DNA of 61,265 bases from Candidatus Acidiferrales bacterium (lineage in GTDB: Bacteria; Acidobacteriota; Terriglobia; Acidiferrales; UBA7541). Below are positions 56,701 through 61,265 of this stretch, piece by piece. Within the stretch, counting starts at the first letter, position 1. Each line of letters starts with the position of its first letter. The stretch is from contig JBOGNS010000009.1 of NCBI GenBank assembly GCA_050747305.1, forward strand, positions 1 to 61,265, read 5' to 3'. A program made the position numbers and the translations under genes. The notes below the pieces were generated by a model. That model did not search any database. It had not been told where the DNA came from and was given only the letters and a program-made list of their open reading frames with translations.

Positions 56701-57227
56701 TACATCCAGAAATGCATGCCCCGCTGCAACTTCGTCACCACCACATATTGGCTGTCATTCGTCCAGATGGGCGAGCGCACGCCGGAGCGCGTCTCCTTGC
56801 TCAATTTCTTCGGCTCGCTGCCATCGGGCTTGGCTATCCATAGGTTGTCCGCACCGTCGCGGTCGCTCACGAATGCGAGCCACTTCCCGTCCGGCGAGTA
56901 ACGCGGCTGGCTATCGAATCCCATGCCGTTGGTGATGCGCTTGGCTTCGCCGCCTTCCATGGGAATGGTGTAAAGGTCGCCCAGCAGCTCGAACACGATG
57001 GTCTTCCCGTCCGGCGCCACGTCCAGTGAAATCCACGTTGCCTCATCGGTGGTGAACTCGATCTTGCGCGTCGCCTCCAGCGGCAGGTCCGGCTTCTTCT
57101 TCTCATCCTTCTTTTCCGTCTTGGCCTTTTCCGGCGTAGCCGGCTTTTCCTGCGCGGGAAGCATTCCACCCCACGCCAGCACGCCGGCCACCAACACCGT
57201 CAAACAAACCCAACGGTACGCTTTCAT
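53745..57227 (-). CDS. TolB-like beta-propeller domains fused to an amidohydrolase domain
   Basis: 1160 aa with a signal peptide. Repeated PD40-like SPDG(K/R)W(L/I)AF motifs. A Lys/Glu-rich linker. C-terminal metal motif PGFIDTHAHY. Confidence 0.85.
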   Translation of the reverse strand: MKAYRWVCLTVLVAGVLAWGGMLPAQEKPATPEKAKTEKKDEKKKPDLPLEATRKIEFTTDEATWISLDVAPDGKTIVFELLGDLYTIPMEGGEAKRITNGMGFDSQPRYSPDGKWLAFVSDRDGADNLWIAKPDGSEPKKLSKETRSGVRSPIWTNDSQYVVVTKLQRGMHFWMYHVMGGSGINITGSGRPPAAGPGGPPAQAAQPVRQGAAFSPDNRYLYYAQKRGGTSVYNQMDFGWQIARRDMETGDVDTITQAGGGAIRPVLSPDGRWLVYATRFETQTGLRIRNLDSGEDRWLKYPIQRDDMESAGTRDLLPGYAFTPDGREVVVTFGGKINRVRVENGESRVVPFTAKVALDLGPLQSYQRRVEEGPVRSRLIQDPKQSPDGKRVVFSAMTKLYVMDIPDGKPFASPGAAQGKPRRLTGDSAFEFKPVWSPDGQWIAFVTWDYEGDGHIWRIRADGSGLQKLTNVAAFYTDLAYSPDGERLVARRGNAWMRTQSPSEFGGLRIPLDVVWLPATGGNVTMIVPARGLGQPHFSKEKDRIYLYSRDGIVSMRYDGTDRRSHIKITGKPLPGQQQPPPAFDALVSPDGRWALANVFNELYVLAVPVIGGNDAPAVNVASPSVPSKQLTDIGADSFAWADGGKTVTWAVGATFFRRPFDSIAFDPPKKEDEEKKEGEAKPEGDAAKKGEAKPEGTAKQEGEKKEEKKDEKKKEAKKPREAEKGVESFEVALEFPRHKPQGTVVLRGATVITMKGEEVLANADVVVTENRIAGVGARGKVNVPAGAKVIDVNGAYIVPGFIDTHAHYEMRTEGVLETYNWSFLANLAYGVTAGLDVQTSTNDYLTYFDLVEAGMMLGPRAYSTGPGVFGYTDFQTPEAAKFYLEKYKKHYRNDNLKSYVVGNRKQRQFVIQAANELGLTVTTEGALDLRLDMTHAIDGFGGNEHTLPIVPLYKDVVELFAQSKTSYTPTLLVLYGGPWAENYYYETTDVHGNSKLARFTPHNELDDKTRRRPWFHVDEHSFPKAAAQAAKIQRAGGRVGVGGHGQLQGLGYHWEMWSLASGDMTPREVLRAATMDGADIIGLRQDLGSIEQGKLADLVVLAKNPLDDIKNTNTVRYVMKNGELFEADTLKQVWPAQKDLPPFWWWKEPTGQIKTTMEP

Positions 57228-57395
57228 CTCATCCCCCTGAATGGCTACGAGGCTACGAATTCCAACCTCCCGAAATGCGCGAGTGTCTCACGGCTCCGGC
57301 CCAGGCGACCCAAGCTATTTTGCTGCTCGCATAGCCCTACCGTGACGCAAGCATCTCGACGCCGGGAGGCGCACAAGCGTCAGTCGTCGTTCCTG

Positions 57396-58514
57396 TCAGA
57401 CATAAGGCAACGGACCCGGGTCCCCCATTGCCTCCAGGAGATGCTTCTTGGTGAACTCCAGGGCACGGAGGGATTTGTGAACCCGCACGGAAACGCCGAG
57501 GGCCCGCGCAATCGGATCCAGGACGGGCATGTACGCGGCGTTCCCTACGCGGATTTCCCGTGGCAACATCCGTCCACTCTCAATAGCGTTCAGGACCACA
57601 TTGGCCAGCGCCTCGCCGGTGGAGGCTGACGGCAGGGAAAGCTCCGGCGGGTATGCGAAGGCCGTTTGGGCATCGACGGCAAGCGCCATGCGAAAACAGG
57701 CCTTGCGCTGATTTCTATCGCCAATCATCCCCGCGCCGTGGAAATGGTCCACCTCCAACACCACAGCCCTCCGAGGATACTGGCCCTCTCGAATTTTCTG
57801 GAGGCGCGACTCATCCACGGCGGGACACTCCAGGGGCGGCGCAGGACTCGACTTCACCTGAGTGGCCTCGATTCGAAATTCCGGTTGACTGCCCGCTCCG
57901 TCTACTCGCGATAATACTGGATAAGTATCCGGACTGCTCCAGTAAGACGCGCCCGAATTGGCCGCAACCAGATCGCAGATGGTGATCACTGCCCGCTGGC
58001 ATTCGGCCAAGGCGAGCGCTTCCTCCTCGGTGACATACCAGGGGTGATATCCCGGTCGGATCGCCCGGAAAACAGGCACCAGAGCCCCTCGCTTCAAAGC
58101 AAGATCCAACCCGCGAAATACCTGCCGATCCGCCGCCGTCAACTCGGCGATTCGGACGAATTCCACTGAAACGCTGCGCTGCGATGCCAGGAATTCGCCC
58201 ATTGTTACGGGCTTACCGGCCTCAAGCTTCCGGAACAGGCGGAAGCTCTCCTCACCCACATACGCGTGCAAGGCAAACACCTGCCCCGCTTGACCCATGA
58301 CCGAGCAATGACACATTGCGGCAGATACGGGGTCCTTGACCAAGACCAATTCGCTTTCGTTCAGCACATCCCAGGGGCGGCGAAGAAACAATTGCGCAGC
58401 GAGCTCGCAGAGCCGCTCCATGGTCTCGCGGCGTGGAGCAGCTTCATCGGCAAGCTCTTTCACGAAAAAACGATCGGCTGGATCACTCGAAAGTGCTGCG
58501 GCCGTATGTGGCAT
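57396..58514 (-). CDS. hypothetical protein
   Basis: 372 aa from the ATG at 58514 (MPHTAAALSSDPADRFF...). Coding-like composition. No family recognised with confidence. Confidence 0.55.
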   Translation of the reverse strand: MPHTAAALSSDPADRFFVKELADEAAPRRETMERLCELAAQLFLRRPWDVLNESELVLVKDPVSAAMCHCSVMGQAGQVFALHAYVGEESFRLFRKLEAGKPVTMGEFLASQRSVSVEFVRIAELTAADRQVFRGLDLALKRGALVPVFRAIRPGYHPWYVTEEEALALAECQRAVITICDLVAANSGASYWSSPDTYPVLSRVDGAGSQPEFRIEATQVKSSPAPPLECPAVDESRLQKIREGQYPRRAVVLEVDHFHGAGMIGDRNQRKACFRMALAVDAQTAFAYPPELSLPSASTGEALANVVLNAIESGRMLPREIRVGNAAYMPVLDPIARALGVSVRVHKSLRALEFTKKHLLEAMGDPGPLPYV

Positions 58515-58612
58515 GGATGCGGGTCCTTCTGTCTGCTTTGACGACCGATGAGGATAGCACGTTATCGAACGGAATGCGGTTTCCCGCATGGCCCTTCAGG
58601 TCGAGCCGACTA

Positions 58613-60562
58613 ATGCCGGCACGCAAGCCGCGTCGTATACTCCTGGGCGTGACATCGGGGAACTCACTCCTGAACGCCCTGCGTCGGTGTTGGGGTTACG
58701 ACTCCTTCCGCCCCCTGCAAGAACGCATTGTGGGCAGCATTTTGGCCGCGAAGGACACCTGCGTGGTGATGCCCACGGGCGGCGGCAAATCGCTGTGCTA
58801 CCAACTGCCCGCCGCGCTGATGCCCGAAAAAACGGCCTTAGTTGTGTCGCCGCTGATTGCCCTGATGCAGGATCAAGTGGCGCAGCTCGAGCAAATCGGG
58901 ATTCCCAGCGCGGCCCTCAATAGCACGCTGCCTGCTGACCAGCAAGCCCGCGTGATGCGCAATGCTGCAAAGGGGGAGTACCGCCTGCTCTATTTGTCGC
59001 CGGAGCGGCTAGCACGCAACGATTCTCTCGCCTGGCTGGCGCAGGTTCCCGTTTCGCTCTTCGTGATTGACGAGGCGCACTGCATCTCCGAGTGGGGACA
59101 CGAATTCCGCCCTGAATACCGCCAGCTCAGCCGCCTGCGCGAGCGCTTTCCCGGCCCGCCGATTGCCGCCTTCACGGCGAGCGCCACTCGCCGGGTGCGT
59201 CACGACATCATCGAACAGCTCCATCTCCGCGATCCGCACAAATACATCGCCAGTTTCCACCGTCCTAACCTGCGCTACGCCGCGCTGCAATGCTCCGCGT
59301 ACGATCAAAGCGCGCTGCTGCTCAGCGCCCTGCGCGCCTACCCGCAAGGCAACATCATCGTCTACGCCCCAACCATCGCCAGCGTCGAAACTACCGTTGA
59401 CTTTCTCGAAGAGCGCGGCATCCCCGCCGTCGCCTACCACGGTCAGATGGACGCGCCCTCCCGCCGGCGCAATCAGGAACGCTGGATGTCCGACGAAGTG
59501 CGCGTGCTCGTCGGCACCATCGCCTTCGGGCTGGGCATCAACAAAGCCGCGGTGCGCGCCGTGATTCACCTCTCGCTGCCCAAATCCATCGAGCAGTATT
59601 ATCAGGAAGCGGGCCGTGCCGGACGCGACGGCCTGCCTTCCGACTGTGTGATGCTCTGGCAAAAACGCGATGTGGGGCTTTTGACCTACTTCATCCAGCA
59701 GATCACCGACCCAGCGGAAGCCGAACGGGCCTGGCAGCGCTACCGCGACATCATCCGCTTTGCGGAATCCAAAGCTTGCCGCCATCGCCAAATCTGCGCG
59801 CACTTCGGCGAAATTCCCAAATGGACTTCGTGTCGAGCCTGCGACGCCTGCGGCGTGCGCCCCGCCTGGCTCACACAACCGCTTGACGAGCAGCAGCCAC
59901 GCCACTCTAAAAAGCGAAAGCGCGGAACTGCCGCGCCGCAGCGTGTTTTCTCAGAAGGGCCCGCCGGCGCTTCCACCGCCTCGGCCGATCATACCGAGCT
60001 GCGGGAATATCTGCGCCAGTGGCGCCGCGAAGCCGCCGGGCGCCTCGGCATTCCCGCCTTCACAGTGATGCACGATTCTTCGCTCGAAGAGATCTGCCAA
60101 AAGCGCCCGCAAACGCTGGCCCAACTCCGCCTTGTTTTCGGCTTCGGCGAGCACAAAACCAACGCGTACGGCACGCAAATCCTCGAAACTCTGGCAAAAT
60201 TCCAACACGGGGCAAGAGCCAGCACCGCGCTGGTCGGCAAGCCGAAGCCGGCCGAAGAAACCGCACAACTACTCGCGGCGGGGCGCACGTTGCAAGAGAT
60301 TGCCAACCTCCGCGGGCGCAGGCTCGCCACCGTCGTGGCGCTGGTCGCAGAAATGGTCGAGCGCGGCGACCTCCAGTTCCAGCCCGCGTGGCTCGACGCC
60401 CACAAGTTCTCGCAAATCGAAGTCGCCTGCGCCGCCCACGGCCTCGACCGTCTCAAGCTGCTCAAAGACGCCCTGCCACCCGAAATCACGTACGACGAAA
60501 TCCGCCTCGTCGTTGCCCACCGTCGCGCCCTGGCAAACATTGCCGGAAACGGTGCATCCTAA
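58613..60562 (+). CDS. recQ: ATP-dependent DNA helicase RecQ
   Basis: WGYDSFRPLQ, Walker A MPTGGGKSLCYQLPA, DEAHCISEWGHEFRPEY, a Zn-binding Cys cluster (CRHRQICAHFGE...CRACDAC), and an HRDC-like region followed by a C-terminal HTH-like tail. Confidence 0.9.
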   Translation: MPARKPRRILLGVTSGNSLLNALRRCWGYDSFRPLQERIVGSILAAKDTCVVMPTGGGKSLCYQLPAALMPEKTALVVSPLIALMQDQVAQLEQIGIPSAALNSTLPADQQARVMRNAAKGEYRLLYLSPERLARNDSLAWLAQVPVSLFVIDEAHCISEWGHEFRPEYRQLSRLRERFPGPPIAAFTASATRRVRHDIIEQLHLRDPHKYIASFHRPNLRYAALQCSAYDQSALLLSALRAYPQGNIIVYAPTIASVETTVDFLEERGIPAVAYHGQMDAPSRRRNQERWMSDEVRVLVGTIAFGLGINKAAVRAVIHLSLPKSIEQYYQEAGRAGRDGLPSDCVMLWQKRDVGLLTYFIQQITDPAEAERAWQRYRDIIRFAESKACRHRQICAHFGEIPKWTSCRACDACGVRPAWLTQPLDEQQPRHSKKRKRGTAAPQRVFSEGPAGASTASADHTELREYLRQWRREAAGRLGIPAFTVMHDSSLEEICQKRPQTLAQLRLVFGFGEHKTNAYGTQILETLAKFQHGARASTALVGKPKPAEETAQLLAAGRTLQEIANLRGRRLATVVALVAEMVERGDLQFQPAWLDAHKFSQIEVACAAHGLDRLKLLKDALPPEITYDEIRLVVAHRRALANIAGNGAS

Positions 60563-60579
60563 GGCTGCGCGGGTGAAAC

Positions 60580-61265
60580 ATGTACCCCTCGGTTCTCGTG
60601 CCAACGCTCCTAACCGCCGCGGCCGGCGCGACACTTTGCGCTTCCATGCTTTCCGCGCAAATTCCCAACCGCTGCCGCGCCCATCCCGCTCCTCGTGAAG
60701 ACAGCCGAGTGACGAACGCGAAGGCGCCGCATCGTATTGTCGCAGTGGACTCGCTGGACTTGAGGGACGCGCACGCCGGCCCGGAACTGGCACAGCAGCT
60801 TGTCGAGGCGCTGCAGAGCCGCGAGTTCGATGCCGATTCGAACTGGCCGGCGCAGGTCGCCGAGCAGATCGTGCGGGACGCGTGGCAGCGTCGCGGCTAT
60901 TTCCGAGTGATGGTCAAGGCCGATTACAAGGTACTGAGCAACGACAAGGCGCAGGCTCGCGTCTCACTCGCGCTCCGCGTGACGCCGGGGCTTCCCTATC
61001 GCCTCGCAGACCTGCAATTCGCCAGCGACGACCCACAGCAGCGCGCCCCCATGTTCGCATCGGCAGTTTTGCGCCCGCTGTTCCCGCTCGAGGAGGGAGA
61101 CGTCTTCGACGTCGACAAGATTCGTCAGGGCCTTGAGGCGCTAAAGAAATTGTACGGATCCGCCGGCTACATCGACATGGTCGCGCAGCCCGAGTTCACA
61201 ATAGACGACACCATGCAACGCATCGTTCTTCGGATTATCGTCGATGAAGGCGCACAGTTCGTGGT
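60580..61265 (+). CDS. POTRA-domain outer-membrane protein, BamA-like (5' fragment that runs off the window)
   Basis: The ATG at 60580 gives signal MYPSVLVPTLLTAAAGATLCASMLSAQ. POTRA-like segments (RPLFPLEEGDVFDVDKIRQGLEALKKLYGSAGYIDMVAQPEFTIDD...IVDEGAQF). The frame stays open to the end of the window. Confidence 0.6.
   Translation, partial: MYPSVLVPTLLTAAAGATLCASMLSAQIPNRCRAHPAPREDSRVTNAKAPHRIVAVDSLDLRDAHAGPELAQQLVEALQSREFDADSNWPAQVAEQIVRDAWQRRGYFRVMVKADYKVLSNDKAQARVSLALRVTPGLPYRLADLQFASDDPQQRAPMFASAVLRPLFPLEEGDVFDVDKIRQGLEALKKLYGSAGYIDMVAQPEFTIDDTMQRIVLRIIVDEGAQFV

Noticed and set aside
53139-56843. 410-aa (53139-54371) and 437-aa (55530-56843) plus-strand ORFs
   Set aside because: They are antisense to the TolB-amidohydrolase gene, and are Arg/His/Ala-rich shadows. 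The first also runs out of frame across the end of the membrane-protein gene.

Overview
This is a visibly GC-rich bacterial chromosomal segment. Gene content and repeat types look Acidobacteriota-like, but that is inference only. I support about 46 protein genes and one tRNA, and I saw no rRNA, CRISPR array, transposase or integrase.

Gene order, left to right:
- aceE-aceF-lpdA pyruvate dehydrogenase operon (minus strand), then an amidase and a PPi-type phosphofructokinase.
- A plus-strand block: membrane multihaem cytochrome c/TPR protein, an AhpD/CMD-like gene interrupted by one in-frame TGA, and two FG-GAP/ASPIC (CRTAC1-like) proteins.
- A roughly 1980-aa thioester alpha-2-macroglobulin-like protein, tRNA-Glu(CUC), two secreted hydrolases and scoAB.
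- nrfHA nitrite reductase, with an Rrf2 regulator, a degenerate receiver and a GNAT upstream.
- An Ig-repeat / small secreted protein / matrixin operon, phd-vapC, and a minor-pilin operon (fimT/pilV/pilW/pilX-like).
- An M20 peptidase, then a CopA-like ATPase followed by a tightly coupled cassette: 2x DUF488, an unknown protein and a carrier-domain-KASIII fusion.
- ECF sigma/anti-sigma, nth, a TolB-like amidohydrolase, recQ and a bamA-like 5' fragment.

The window is peppered with GTAGG...CCTAC-bounded hairpin (REP/MITE-like) elements. Several sit inside coding frames, and several supply the TAG stop codon of a gene.

Most interesting candidates:
- the DUF488/unknown/carrier-KASIII cassette;
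- the candidate selenocysteine UGA in the AhpD-like gene;
- an NrfA whose first haem motif is GLHCH;
- an A2M-like protein carrying three GspG-like modules.

All family calls come from motif recognition by eye. No searches were run.
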